A stretch of 63,679 bases of DNA, the filler included, from an uncultured bacterium (GTDB lineage: Bacteria > CAYUVA01), in NCBI GenBank assembly GCA_964448115.1. It is 3 parts of 3 records of this genome, joined end to end, with 100 filler letters (N's around TTAATTAATTAA, not from the genome) between each part and the next. Parts side by side here need not be neighbours in the genome. Positions count along the whole stretch, not along the records: positions 1 to 27,066 come from CAYUVA010000053.1; positions 27,167 to 53,189 come from CAYUVA010000054.1; 1 more part is not named here. One strand, written 5' to 3'. Both the position numbers and the translations under genes were made by a program. Positions 22,133 to 32,181 of this stretch are shown one piece after another (position 1 is the first letter of the stretch; every line of letters begins with the position of its first letter). The notes under the pieces are model-generated. The model was not told the origin of the DNA. It searched no databases and worked only from the letters and a program-made list of their open reading frames with translations.

Positions 22133-22944
22133 AGATGCTAGATGAAGTAACTATCAACGAGCTGACAGATGTGGCAGTCAGGGCATCCGATGCGGCTGGC
22201 GTAATTATGAAAGATAATCTGCGGGTTGGACACCGAGTGGAGAAAAAAGGCGAGATAGACCTGGTTACCGAGGTAGATCACCTCTGCGAGCGCACCATCA
22301 TCTCGATATTGAGGCGAGCTTTCCCCGAGCACGACATCCTCACCGAGGAGCAGGATATCGAGCAGCGGGGCAGCGAATATCGCTGGTTCATTGATCCGGT
22401 CGATGGCACGACCAACTATGTGCATGGACTCGACTGGGTGAATGTAACCTTAGCGCTTGAGTTTAGCGATCAGATCATCATCGGGGTTGTCTATGATCCC
22501 TTCAGGCAAAGGCGTTACACAGCGATTAAGGGACGAGGAGCTTATTGCAATGGAAGGAGACTTAGGGTTTCCGATACCGGTCGCATGATAGATTCCCTTA
22601 TCGCCACTGGCTTTCCCTATCGACGCACGATGATGAGACGCAACAACCTGCATTATCACGATCGCATCATCATGCATTGCCAGGATATTCGACGGTTCGG
22701 CTCGGCGGCTCTCGATATGTGTATGCTAGCTGACGGCTGCTTCGATGCCTACTGGGAGCTTGGCTTAAATCCCTGGGACATGGCTGCCGGCTCGCTTATC
22801 ATAACAGAAGCTGGGGGAAGTATAAGCAAACTGGATGGCACCGGGTGGGATGTTTACGGCGGTGAAATGCTGGCATCGAACAGCCTGCTCCACCAGCAGA
22901 TGGTCGATATTATAAGGGAAGTAGATAAAGAGCAGGATTTCTAG
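22123..22944 (+). CDS. suhB: Inositol monophosphatase family protein (SuhB-like)
   Basis: DLVTEVD, WFIDPVDGTTNY, ATGFPY, GSAALD, WDMAAG. Confidence 0.88.
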   Translation: MSIEMLDEVTINELTDVAVRASDAAGVIMKDNLRVGHRVEKKGEIDLVTEVDHLCERTIISILRRAFPEHDILTEEQDIEQRGSEYRWFIDPVDGTTNYVHGLDWVNVTLALEFSDQIIIGVVYDPFRQRRYTAIKGRGAYCNGRRLRVSDTGRMIDSLIATGFPYRRTMMRRNNLHYHDRIIMHCQDIRRFGSAALDMCMLADGCFDAYWELGLNPWDMAAGSLIITEAGGSISKLDGTGWDVYGGEMLASNSLLHQQMVDIIREVDKEQDF

Positions 22945-22969
22945 CTTATTTTCTTACCTAAGCAAAACC

Positions 22970-23965
22970 ATGATAGACAAGGCGAGAGCACAGACCCTAA
23001 TCGTATTGGCTATGGGGGGCAACGCGCTGATCAAGCCGGGGCAGGTGGGCACGGTTTACCAGCAATTTGCCAATACGAGGGAGATGCTCAAGCCGGTAGT
23101 TGAGGTGATAAAACAGGGCTACCAGGTGGTGCTGACCCATGGCAACGGTCCCCAGGTCGGACATCGACTAATTACCGTGGAGAGCGCCTTGAACAAGGTG
23201 CCGGAGATGCCCCTGGGCATACTGGTCGCCGAGTCCGAAGGGTGGATGGCATACATGATCTCCCAGTCGTTGCTAAACATGCTGCAATTATCTGGGATAA
23301 AAAAGCCGGTTGTATCGCTATTAACCCAGGTGCTGGTGGATCAGGATGATCCCGCTTCATTTACGCCCACTAAACCTATCGGTAGCTTCTATACCGAGAG
23401 ACAGGCGCGCTACTATATGTCCAGGCAGGGCTGGCAGATGGTCTTCGATAGCCAAAAGGGCTGGCGGCGGGTCGTTCCCTCACCAATCCCGCTCGAGATC
23501 GTGGAAAAGGAGACCATAAAGCTGCTTTTGGCTCACGATACAATTATGATAGCCTGCGGCGGGGGCGGAATACCGGTCTATAAGCTACCCAATGGCGTGC
23601 TGGAGGGCTTGGATGGCGTGATCGACAAAGACCTGGCTTCATCGGTACTAGGGCGCGATGTCAATGCCGACCTGCTGATCATCATCACTGATGTATCCAA
23701 TGCCATGCTGAACTATGGTAAGAAGAATTGCAAGAAACTGGGGCACATTACCGATGTCGAGGCTCAGCAGTATTATGTCCAGGGGCACTTCCCGGCTGGA
23801 AGCATGGGACCCAAGATAAAAGCCTGCATAGATTTCGTCCGCTCGGGAGGCAAAGCGGGAATAATCACCTCCAGCGATAAATTGCTCGAGGCACTCCAGG
23901 GAAAGGCTGGAACCATTATTACCAGGCAGGGTAGCTATGATGTACAAGATACTGATAGTCGATGA
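22970..23965 (+). CDS. arcC: Carbamate kinase
   Basis: AMGGNAL, THGNGPQVG, PTKPIG, RRVVPSP, GGGGIPV, VIDKD, GSMGPK. Confidence 0.95.
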   Translation: MIDKARAQTLIVLAMGGNALIKPGQVGTVYQQFANTREMLKPVVEVIKQGYQVVLTHGNGPQVGHRLITVESALNKVPEMPLGILVAESEGWMAYMISQSLLNMLQLSGIKKPVVSLLTQVLVDQDDPASFTPTKPIGSFYTERQARYYMSRQGWQMVFDSQKGWRRVVPSPIPLEIVEKETIKLLLAHDTIMIACGGGGIPVYKLPNGVLEGLDGVIDKDLASSVLGRDVNADLLIIITDVSNAMLNYGKKNCKKLGHITDVEAQQYYVQGHFPAGSMGPKIKACIDFVRSGGKAGIITSSDKLLEALQGKAGTIITRQGSYDVQDTDSR

Positions 23966-25343
23966 TGATCCCTCGATCCTGCGCATGTTGGCTCGACTGC
24001 TAAAGGCGCAGTTGGATGCAAGAATCGATACGGTTGAATCCGGCGAGCAGGCTTTGGTGCAACTTGAGAGCATCGACTACGACCTGATACTTCTTGATAT
24101 CAATCTTCCGCAAAGATCAGGCTTGGAGATCCTCAAGATCCTCTCCAATCAGAAACCACACCTTCCGGTGGTGATTATGACCGCTCACAGCAAGCCGCAG
24201 GTGATCATCGATGCCATCAAGGAGGGCGCCTATGAGTTCCTGAGCAAGCCATTCGAGACCCAGGAGCTGCTCGATATCATCAAGCGACTACTCAAATCGC
24301 AGGAGCTTACCCGCACTCCGCATCAGATTATCAGCCTCTCCTTAAAGAGCGGTGAGACCTTCATTATCGGCAAGAATCCCAAGATGATCGAGGTCTTCAA
24401 GCGAATAGGGCAGGTTGCGAGCAGCGATGCTACCGTGCTCATCCTCGGCGAAAGCGGCACCGGCAAGGAGCTGGTGGCTCGCGCCATATATCAAAACAGC
24501 CTGCGCAAGGATAGGGCTTATCTGGCAGTGAATTGCGCTGCCATACCGGAGACGCTACTGGAGAGCGAGCTGTTCGGCTACGAGAAGGGAGCCTTCACCG
24601 GGGCAACCGCGAGGAAATTAGGCAAATTCGAGCAGTGCAATCATGGCACCATATTTCTCGATGAGATCGGCGACATGCCCCTTTCAACACAGGCTAAGAT
24701 ACTACGCGTGCTCCAGGAGGGGCAATTCGAGCGCCTGGGGGGAAGCAGCACCATCCAGGTCGATGTGCGTATCATCGCAGCTACCAACCAGGACATAAGG
24801 CAGCTTATTAGCGAGAAAAGATTCCGCCAGGACTTATACTATCGACTTAGCGTCTTTACCATAACCATACCCCCGCTTCGAGAGCGCAGGGAAGATATTA
24901 GATTGCTCGCCGAGCACTTCCTCGCAAGGTTCATTAATAGAGATGGCAAGGCTATCGCTGGCTTCGCGCCCGAGGCTATGGAGTTGCTACAAGATCATCG
25001 ATGGCAGGGCAATGTCCGCGAGCTGCAAAACACCATCGAACGAGCAGTGGTCATCTGCCGCGACCAAGTTATCATGCCCGAGCACATTCAGCTTCAGGCG
25101 GAGCTAAAAGGCGATGCAGGGAAAACCCAAGCAAGCGCACAAGATGCCCAATCCGAATCTGTCTTCGATATCGAACAGCTTGCCTCTGAGGAACTCACCC
25201 TTGAACAGGTCGAGGAAAGATATATTCGGCTTATCCTAAAGAAGTACAACTGGCGACTCAATGAGACAGCAAGTGCGCTGGGCATCCATCGCAACACCCT
25301 GCGCCGAAAGATGGAACAATACCGGATCAGCAAGGATCGATAG
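23937..25343 (+). CDS. NtrC-family sigma-54 response regulator (receiver, AAA+, Fis HTH)
   Basis: VDDD receiver, GESGTGKE, GAFTGA, FLDEIGD, GNVREL, LGIHRNTLRRK. Confidence 0.97.
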   Translation: MMYKILIVDDDPSILRMLARLLKAQLDARIDTVESGEQALVQLESIDYDLILLDINLPQRSGLEILKILSNQKPHLPVVIMTAHSKPQVIIDAIKEGAYEFLSKPFETQELLDIIKRLLKSQELTRTPHQIISLSLKSGETFIIGKNPKMIEVFKRIGQVASSDATVLILGESGTGKELVARAIYQNSLRKDRAYLAVNCAAIPETLLESELFGYEKGAFTGATARKLGKFEQCNHGTIFLDEIGDMPLSTQAKILRVLQEGQFERLGGSSTIQVDVRIIAATNQDIRQLISEKRFRQDLYYRLSVFTITIPPLRERREDIRLLAEHFLARFINRDGKAIAGFAPEAMELLQDHRWQGNVRELQNTIERAVVICRDQVIMPEHIQLQAELKGDAGKTQASAQDAQSESVFDIEQLASEELTLEQVEERYIRLILKKYNWRLNETASALGIHRNTLRRKMEQYRISKDR

Positions 25344-25360
25344 TGAGCCATTCTCATCGC

Positions 25361-25411
25361 TGTTTCATTGTGAAACATTGTGTTTCATAACAACTGTTTC
25401 ATTTTGATACA
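25361..25411. promoter_or_regulatory. Putative upstream activator sequences: palindromes TGTTTCA-N3-TGAAACA
   Basis: Perfect palindrome 25361-25377, near-perfect copy 25395-25411, half site 25381-25387; about 100-150 bp upstream of a sigma-54 promoter. Confidence 0.7.
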
Positions 25412-25465
25412 TCAAATTTGGGCTGTTATCATTCAATCTTCCATCCGCCACAAAATATTCAATGA

Positions 25466-25478
25466 TATCAACAAGTTA
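25466..25478 (+). promoter_or_regulatory. IHF binding site
   Basis: TATCAACAAGTTA matches WATCAANNNNTTR and lies between the UAS and the -24/-12 element. Confidence 0.65.
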
Positions 25479-25505
25479 CCGTTCAGGGTCATGCCTTTCT
25501 CCCTT

Positions 25506-25521
25506 TGGCACGCTACTTGCG
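25506..25521 (+). promoter_or_regulatory. Sigma-54 (-24/-12) promoter
   Basis: TGGCACGCTACTTGCG matches TGGCAC-N5-TTGC with exact spacing. Confidence 0.85.
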
Positions 25522-25584
25522 ATTACTATTGACATGTAACGAGACAATAGGATGTTTGATAACCTTTAATCCAAGGAGGATGCC

Positions 25585-26325
25585 ATGACAAGGACGAACT
25601 TGATGCTGATTCTTTCAGCGATGTTGGTTTTCGCCACCGCCCTGGTGGGTTACGGGGACGAGAACGCCGACCTTAACCAGAACTACGCTCCCCTGGTTTT
25701 CGAGGCTAGGGCGCTGCCAGCAATCATCGAGCAGGGAGAGATAGCAACCTTTGGCGCTATCGTTGTCGATGCAAATGGCGATGAGGATATTCAAGCCGTC
25801 GGATTGTATGTCTTTGTGAATGAGGACCCGGTGCTGCTTCGTCGGATGAGAAAAGACGAGCTTCCCCATGTTTACCGCTGCCGCATTGAGGTTCCGGAGA
25901 TCTTGCCAGCCGGACGCTATGACTTCTTCATCATAGCCATTGACCAGGCAGGCGAGAAATCCATACCCAAAAGGGTTACCCTCACCGTGGTACCTCACAC
26001 CGCAAAGATCCCCAACCTGAAGAGCCCGGAGAACGGCTATGAGTTCGACTGCGAGGAATCACCGCTGCTTGCTTGGACTATCGTCAGAAATGGGATCGGA
26101 TACCAGGTGGAGATCGGGCTGGATCAGCACAACCACTTCATCTTCGAGGTCCCGATGTTCGTAACCTCCCTCAAGGTTGACATGAGGATCTGGCAGTACC
26201 TGCCTGATGGGCGATATGTCTGGAGAGTAAGGGCTTTGACTATGGATGGACCCACCCCCTGGAGCTCGATAGGATACTTCTACAAGAACTGCCAGGGCGA
26301 GGAGGAGCCTGGAGATCAACAGTAA
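25585..26325 (+). CDS. Secreted hypothetical protein with two Ig/Fn3-like domains
   Basis: AAGGGAGG RBS, signal peptide, 'P.L.SPENG...LAW...YQV...YVWRVRA...WS' Fn3-like pattern. Confidence 0.75.
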   Translation: MTRTNLMLILSAMLVFATALVGYGDENADLNQNYAPLVFEARALPAIIEQGEIATFGAIVVDANGDEDIQAVGLYVFVNEDPVLLRRMRKDELPHVYRCRIEVPEILPAGRYDFFIIAIDQAGEKSIPKRVTLTVVPHTAKIPNLKSPENGYEFDCEESPLLAWTIVRNGIGYQVEIGLDQHNHFIFEVPMFVTSLKVDMRIWQYLPDGRYVWRVRALTMDGPTPWSSIGYFYKNCQGEEEPGDQQ

Positions 26326-26338
26326 ACCACCATACTTT

Positions 26339-26372
26339 CGGGGAAGGTTATCTTATTGGATGACCTTCCCCG
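26339..26372 (+). terminator. Stem-loop downstream of the sigma-54-driven gene
   Basis: CGGGGAAGGTTATC-ttattg-GATGACCTTCCCCG hairpin; weak U-tract. Confidence 0.55.
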
Positions 26373-26409
26373 GTAAATCCTTTATAATTGCAGGAAAGGG
26401 GGAATCAAG

Positions 26410-27066
26410 ATGATAAGAAACATAGGAAAAATAATGAACCATAAAAGCTCTCATAATATTAAGTATGCTCCCGCGTTCCTGCAGTTATGCCTGCTTTCTT
26501 GCCTCATATCATTCACCTATGGACAGCAAACCCCGCAGGCTCCGACCGCTCTTTGGGGAGAAGGATTCTATGCCAGCGCGGTCATACGATGGAAGCTCAA
26601 TACCGAGCCGGATCTGGCTGGTTATAACCTATATAGAGCGCTCATGCCAGATGGCAATTTTTCACTGGTCAACGATCGCCTCATACCACCCCAGATAAAT
26701 TTCTATTACGACAAGAACCTTCAAGTAGGCGCTCGATACGCTTATTTTCTCACCGCCAGGCATAGGAACGGAGCTGAGAGTGAGCCTTCCAGAACCATAT
26801 ATATCAGCACTGGACCCAGCCTGAAGATAGAGGCAGTCCCGGATGCAGCCGAGGTAGCAAGGCAAGGATGTACAATAATGAATCTTTTCATCACCGGCAC
26901 CAACGATCTAAAGCCGACCGGCGTGGTGGATATTGATGTAACGGTTGTACCCGATGATGGAAATATTTATACCAAGGTGATGCCGGATGGCAATGTAACC
27001 TTCCCGCAAGGCTCGAACAGGATTGCCCGAAGGCTGGTGACCTGCGCCTCCGATATTGCTGGCTTC
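26410..27066 (+). CDS. Secreted Fn3-domain protein, truncated at contig end
   Basis: Signal peptide, 'W..NTEPDLAGYNLYR...YYD...Y.Y..TA....ES.PS' Fn3 motif; runs into the N spacer. Confidence 0.8.
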
Positions 27067-27166
27067 NNNNNNNNNNNNNNNNNNNNNNNNNNNNNNNNNN
27101 NNNNNNNNNNTTAATTAATTAANNNNNNNNNNNNNNNNNNNNNNNNNNNNNNNNNNNNNNNNNNNN
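27067..27166. other. Artificial contig-joining spacer
   Basis: N44-TTAATTAATTAA-N44; stop codons in all six frames. Confidence 0.97.
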
Positions 27167-27258
27167 AGACTCTTGGTCATTATCAACCACTTATGACGCA
27201 TTTACTGTCTGAATCACAGGTGGTCTATACATAGTCAACGGGATATTAGGCGTTTGTG

Positions 27259-27894
27259 CTACTGGTTTATCAGGAAGACCTCCTGGCCGTTCTTGTCCAT
27301 CACCATGCTGTACTTAGTGCCCTGGTGTGTGGCGTAGATATAGACATTATAGTCCGGCCAATCCTTGAAGTTACCCTTAAGATATGAAAGCCAATACTTC
27401 GCCAGGTTTACCGCTATCTCCTTGGACAACTCCTCGTTATCCTTCATCCTTAGGATCAGCTTGTTCCACCCCTCCGAGATGGTAACATTCTCCAATGGTA
27501 GGTCCTCAGATCGCCACTTTTTATCGGCCGCGATGCGCTGGGCATGATACCTGGCATCAGCCGTATCGCCATGATATTTTTTCTCGCGCCTCTTTCTTTC
27601 AATGAAATCGTTGTGCATATATCCGCAGATACCGGTTCTTACAACCATTACCTTTGACATCGGCTCTGAGCGTTCGATCAGGTGAAGCTCGTCGCCATAC
27701 TCCACGGTCATTAGCATTCGCGAAGTGGGATCCGGGTTTTCCAATAACATGCAGTGCTGGTTTGCAATATAGAAAAAATTGGGATCATAAGTCGTAGAGC
27801 CAACTATCTCCACCTTTGGTTCTTGCTCCTTTGAGCAGCCCATTGCCATTAACATCAAGACCAGCGATATCAAGGTTGCCGATTTCCAGTTCAT
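27259..27894 (-). CDS. Lipoprotein with SH3-like domain
   Basis: Lipobox MAMG-C; 'LLENPD..S.....V.YGDEL...........KV.......GYMH..FI' SH3b-like pattern. Confidence 0.6.
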   Translation of the reverse strand: MNWKSATLISLVLMLMAMGCSKEQEPKVEIVGSTTYDPNFFYIANQHCMLLENPDPTSRMLMTVEYGDELHLIERSEPMSKVMVVRTGICGYMHNDFIERKRREKKYHGDTADARYHAQRIAADKKWRSEDLPLENVTISEGWNKLILRMKDNEELSKEIAVNLAKYWLSYLKGNFKDWPDYNVYIYATHQGTKYSMVMDKNGQEVFLINQ

Positions 27895-28023
27895 TTATCA
27901 TCTCCTTATGCATTCATCCTTAGTAAAGTTTTGCTCATTTCGATAATAGAAACCTACCATCATATAGTCTAAAATACAACTGTGAATGGTCGTTTTTTAC
28001 AGCCGAAACAACGAGAACTAAAG

Positions 28024-28989
28024 ATGAAAGCACTGATTATCAAAGACAAGGAACTTAGGTTTACATCAATAAAAAAGCCGATTATCGGAGTAGGTGAAGT
28101 TCTCATTCGGATCTTGTGCATAGGAATATGCAATACCGACCTGGAGATTATCAAGGGTTACATGGACTTTCAGGGAGTACCAGGGCATGAATTCGTCGGA
28201 GTTGTTGAGCAAGCGCCCGACAATTCCCTGATCGGAAAAAGGGTGGTCGGAGAGATAAACCTAGGATGCGGAGACTGTAGCTACTGCGCTGCTGGTTTGC
28301 AAAGGCACTGCCCGAACAGAAAAGTTCTTGGCATCATGGGCAAGGATGGCTGCATGGCAGAATATATAACCCTGCCCTTGGAAAATATTCACCCAATTCC
28401 GGATGAGCTAAGCGACCAGGAGGCTATATTCATCGAGCCTTTGGCTGCTGCCTTGGAGATTTTTCAACAGGTGCACATTAAGCCGACACACAAGGTTTGC
28501 ATCATCGGAGACGGTAAGCTGGGGCTTTTAATAGCTGCGGTTATTGCTCAGACAGCAGCTCGCACAATGGTTGTTGGAAAACATGAGCAAAAACTATCGA
28601 TTGTTAAAAAAATTGGGCTTGAAGCAGTTACTTTTGATAACATCGGGGATATAGGGTTCAATACCTTTGATGTATGCATAGAAGCCACCGGCAATCCACA
28701 AGGTCTGGACATAGCGCTTAAACTAGTTAAACCGCGGGGTATAATAGTACTTAAAAGTACATATCAAGGTGAAATCAGGCTGAACATGGCTCCTATTGTA
28801 ATTAACGAGCTCATGGTGATCGGCTCAAGGTGTGGTACCTTTGAGCCGGCTATTGATTTCCTGCAAAGAAAGGCTTTTGATATTAGATCGCTGATAACTG
28901 CAGAGTATTCATTCGATCGTGCCCTTGAAGCCTTCGAGCTTGCCGCTAAGCCGGGGTCATTGAAGGTGCTTATACGAATGAACAGTTAG
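28024..28989 (+). CDS. Zinc-dependent alcohol dehydrogenase (MDR family)
   Basis: GICNTD, GHEFVG, CGDCSYC..C structural Zn site, GDGKLG. Confidence 0.92.
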   Translation: MKALIIKDKELRFTSIKKPIIGVGEVLIRILCIGICNTDLEIIKGYMDFQGVPGHEFVGVVEQAPDNSLIGKRVVGEINLGCGDCSYCAAGLQRHCPNRKVLGIMGKDGCMAEYITLPLENIHPIPDELSDQEAIFIEPLAAALEIFQQVHIKPTHKVCIIGDGKLGLLIAAVIAQTAARTMVVGKHEQKLSIVKKIGLEAVTFDNIGDIGFNTFDVCIEATGNPQGLDIALKLVKPRGIIVLKSTYQGEIRLNMAPIVINELMVIGSRCGTFEPAIDFLQRKAFDIRSLITAEYSFDRALEAFELAAKPGSLKVLIRMNS

Positions 28990-29034
28990 TGATGGTATAA
29001 TAGTAGTGCTAAACTATGTTTTTGGGGCAAATCC

Positions 29035-29811
29035 ATGCTTCTGGCAATCGATGTAGGAAATACAAACACCGTGCTAGGCGTGTTCAAAAAAGCACGGCTG
29101 GTGGAGAGCTTCCGATTTTCCACTGATGAAAGGCGCACCTCGGACGAGCTGTCGGTGCTGGTGCAGGGCATCTTTAATAACAGCGGCTTGAAGATATCGG
29201 AGGTCGATGCAGTGATCGTATCCTGCGTGGTTCCGCCGGCTAGGATTCATCTTCGCAATATGTTGCAAAAGACCTTTGGCATCGAGCCACTGATGGTAGA
29301 GCCAGGGATAAAGACCGGGATGCCGATACTTTACGATAATCCAAAGGAGGTGGGAGCTGATCGCATAGTGAACGGAGTCGCTGCTTATGAAAAATATGGC
29401 GGACCAATTGTGGTGGTCGATTTCGGCACCGCTACAACCTTTGACCTGATCAGCGAAAAGGGCGAGTATATCGGCGGTGCTATAGCCCCTGGCTTGGAGA
29501 TCTCCGCTGACGCACTATTCAAGGCGGCGGCTAGGCTTTATAGAGTCGATATACAAAAGCCAACTTCGGTGATAGGCAAGACAACTATGCATAGTATGCA
29601 GTCCGGGCTTTATTATGGCTATATCTCGCTGGTCGATGGAATGCTCGAAAGGATAATGGCTGAGGTTAAACAGCCTTTGAAGGTTGCTGCAACCGGCGGG
29701 CTTGCCAGGCTCATTAGCACCGAGTCGAAGCATCTTAAAAATGTGGATCGCAATCTCACCCTGGAGGGATTGAGGATAATCTACCAGCGCAACCGCCCTA
29801 TGGATCGATAA
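29035..29811 (+). CDS. coaX: Type III pantothenate kinase
   Basis: IDVGNTN, VVP, EVGADR, VDFGTATT, GGAIAPG, ATGG. Confidence 0.97.
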   Translation: MLLAIDVGNTNTVLGVFKKARLVESFRFSTDERRTSDELSVLVQGIFNNSGLKISEVDAVIVSCVVPPARIHLRNMLQKTFGIEPLMVEPGIKTGMPILYDNPKEVGADRIVNGVAAYEKYGGPIVVVDFGTATTFDLISEKGEYIGGAIAPGLEISADALFKAAARLYRVDIQKPTSVIGKTTMHSMQSGLYYGYISLVDGMLERIMAEVKQPLKVAATGGLARLISTESKHLKNVDRNLTLEGLRIIYQRNRPMDR

Positions 29812-29814
29812 ATA

Positions 29815-31185
29815 GTGCGCTTTATTATTCCATACCTTGGTTTTATCATCGCCCTTGTTATCTTTACCCGCTATAAATCCAGGGGTGGAAGCTATTTTCA
29901 TCTCTTGGCAACCTGGCTGGTCTTGCAGAATTTCATTGCCATGCCCTTGTCCAAGGTAGTAAGCTCCTCTGCGCTGAAAGTATTTCTAGTAGGCAACGAA
30001 GTTTTCATCCTGCTCAGCCTGGTGCTTTATTACTTGACTCATCAGGGCGCTTTTCGGATATACCTCGTCGATCTGGCAGCCTTGGCTTTCGTATTCTATT
30101 GCTCGTCATGCTTATTATTGCACAATAGCGGCAGCGCTTACATCGATATCATTGCGCTGAGGATGCTCATACTTCCTTTCGAGCTATACCTCTTCGGGCG
30201 GGTCTTGAACCTCAAGGTTGCCGAGCATCGCCAGGTAGTACGATATCTAGTTATCCTGGCTGTTAGCATATCTCTCTTCGGGTTTTTGGAGCGCGATGTC
30301 CTCCCTAAGAATTTCTGGGCTAAATATGGATTTATGGAATACAACAAGGCAAAGGGATTGTCCTGGTACTGGCTACAGAAGGATGACCAGGTGCCGGGGA
30401 GCTTTTTTACCTATCCTTTGGGCACTGACTATCGTGTTCGGCGGCTGGTATCCTTTTTCGCAGATGCCACCCTGGCAGGGCATTTCTTGTCTTTTCCGTT
30501 GCTGTTTTTAATTTTCCTGGGCGGGAGTATCATCCACAATAAAATCCTTTTATGGATTACGAGACTCATTGTTTCTCTTGGGCTTATATTAACTATCTGC
30601 CGTGGTGGCATTCTGGTTGTTCTATTGGGCATCATGCTAGTAATGCTTCAAAAAAGAGCTATGTTGATGGCTTCAGCAGGCGTAATTTGCCTGGCAATTT
30701 TTTTATTGACAGGCATCCCTCAGATGTTTTTCAGCGACAACTCGGTAAAAAATCACCTGGCTGGGCTGAAGGAGGGAGTGAATTCCGTGCTCGAAGCGCC
30801 ATTGGGGCATGGACTTGGCACTGCTGGCAATTTCCCGCGTGAACTGGGCGATGACAAGCGAAGCATAGAAGTTCGAGAGAGCTATCTTGGCAACCTGGTG
30901 CATCAATTGGGAGTGCCAGCCTTCCTGTTATGGCTTATTTTCTGGGCATTTATTGCGCATGCGTTTTATAAGCCTAAGATCTCCCGGTCGCTATATCCTT
31001 ATGCTCAAGCCCTCGGTGCAGGGATCTTGTGCACCGCGCTGGCTGCCGTATTCAGCGAATCAGCTTTTGCCCTGACTGCATCGGGATTATATTTAATCAT
31101 GGTTGGCTCGCTGGTCGGCTCGATCAAGATGAGATACTCAATATCGGTAAATGGAAAGGCTTATGGGATCTTATCGCAAAGGTAA
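29815..31185 (+). CDS. O-antigen polymerase/ligase-like membrane protein
   Basis: Multi-TM; 'RLVSFF', 'T.CRGG', 'PLGHGLG', 'ESYL....QLG'. Confidence 0.7.
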   Translation: MRFIIPYLGFIIALVIFTRYKSRGGSYFHLLATWLVLQNFIAMPLSKVVSSSALKVFLVGNEVFILLSLVLYYLTHQGAFRIYLVDLAALAFVFYCSSCLLLHNSGSAYIDIIALRMLILPFELYLFGRVLNLKVAEHRQVVRYLVILAVSISLFGFLERDVLPKNFWAKYGFMEYNKAKGLSWYWLQKDDQVPGSFFTYPLGTDYRVRRLVSFFADATLAGHFLSFPLLFLIFLGGSIIHNKILLWITRLIVSLGLILTICRGGILVVLLGIMLVMLQKRAMLMASAGVICLAIFLLTGIPQMFFSDNSVKNHLAGLKEGVNSVLEAPLGHGLGTAGNFPRELGDDKRSIEVRESYLGNLVHQLGVPAFLLWLIFWAFIAHAFYKPKISRSLYPYAQALGAGILCTALAAVFSESAFALTASGLYLIMVGSLVGSIKMRYSISVNGKAYGILSQR

Positions 31186-32146
31186 GGGGATCTTCATTTC
31201 ATGGGCGCCTTATGCCACCAGGAGCGACAGCATCGCTGCCCAGTTAGGCATCAAATCAGAGAAGATACACTACCTGGCATTCAAAGTGCCCATGATAGCT
31301 CCCATTAAGTACCTGTTGATGGCAGCAAGGACCTTGTGTCTATTGATTCGCATCAGGCCGAGTTATATCATGGTGATGAATCCGCCTATCTTCGCGGTTT
31401 TTACCTGCTATCTACATGCCAGGCTGCACAGGATCCCTATGATCATCGATACCCATCACGGCGCCTTTACCGAGAGGCGTTGGCTGCTGTTCACCTGGCT
31501 TCACAGGCACCTTGCGAGAAAGGCGAGAGTGAACATAGTAACCAGCGAGCGCTTCGGAGATATTCTGGCAAACTGGAAGGCGGATTACATGGTAATTCCT
31601 GTAGTACCTTATCTTATTCTAGGGATCGGGCATCTCGTAAAACAAGAAAGGTTTTCACTGGCGGTAGTGAGTTCATTTTCTTATGATGAACCCTTGCCTG
31701 ATATACTTAAGGCTGCTGCTGCTTTGCCTGAGATTAAATTTTATGTTACCGGGGATAACAGGAAAGCAAGTAAGAATATCATCGATGAAGCTCCACAAAA
31801 TGTGGTATTTACTGGTTTCCTGCCCTGGGAAGATTACATCAGGCTGCTCGCCGAGGTGCACGGAGTGCTGTGCCTTACCACCGAACTTGACACTATGCAA
31901 AATGGTGCTGCAGAGGCAGTAACCATCGGCACACCAGTTATAACTACTGATTCGCCTTTGATGCGAAAGATATTCGGCGACCAGGCTGTGCTTGTAAAAA
32001 ACAATTCAGAGTCGATAATAGAAGGCATCCTGAGGCTAAAGGATAACCTGAACCGATACCAGGGCGAGATCTCTGAGTTGAGGGATAAGTGGAAGCATGA
32101 CTGGCAAAAGTCCGCTGGGATGCTTTATAATATAATCGATCGCTGA
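31151..32146 (+). CDS. Glycosyltransferase, GT4-like
   Basis: GT-B features: 'NPP', 'DTH', 'FTGFLP', 'EAV..GTPVITTD'. Confidence 0.85.
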   Translation: MERLMGSYRKGKGIFISWAPYATRSDSIAAQLGIKSEKIHYLAFKVPMIAPIKYLLMAARTLCLLIRIRPSYIMVMNPPIFAVFTCYLHARLHRIPMIIDTHHGAFTERRWLLFTWLHRHLARKARVNIVTSERFGDILANWKADYMVIPVVPYLILGIGHLVKQERFSLAVVSSFSYDEPLPDILKAAAALPEIKFYVTGDNRKASKNIIDEAPQNVVFTGFLPWEDYIRLLAEVHGVLCLTTELDTMQNGAAEAVTIGTPVITTDSPLMRKIFGDQAVLVKNNSESIIEGILRLKDNLNRYQGEISELRDKWKHDWQKSAGMLYNIIDR

Positions 32147-32181
32147 TTTGTCCAATGCAATCATGAACCTAAGGAGAAGAC

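Noticed and set aside
27111-27122. TTAATTAATTAA palindrome as a biological site (also at 53234)
   Set aside because: It is centred in N padding, which marks a standard synthetic six-frame-stop linker
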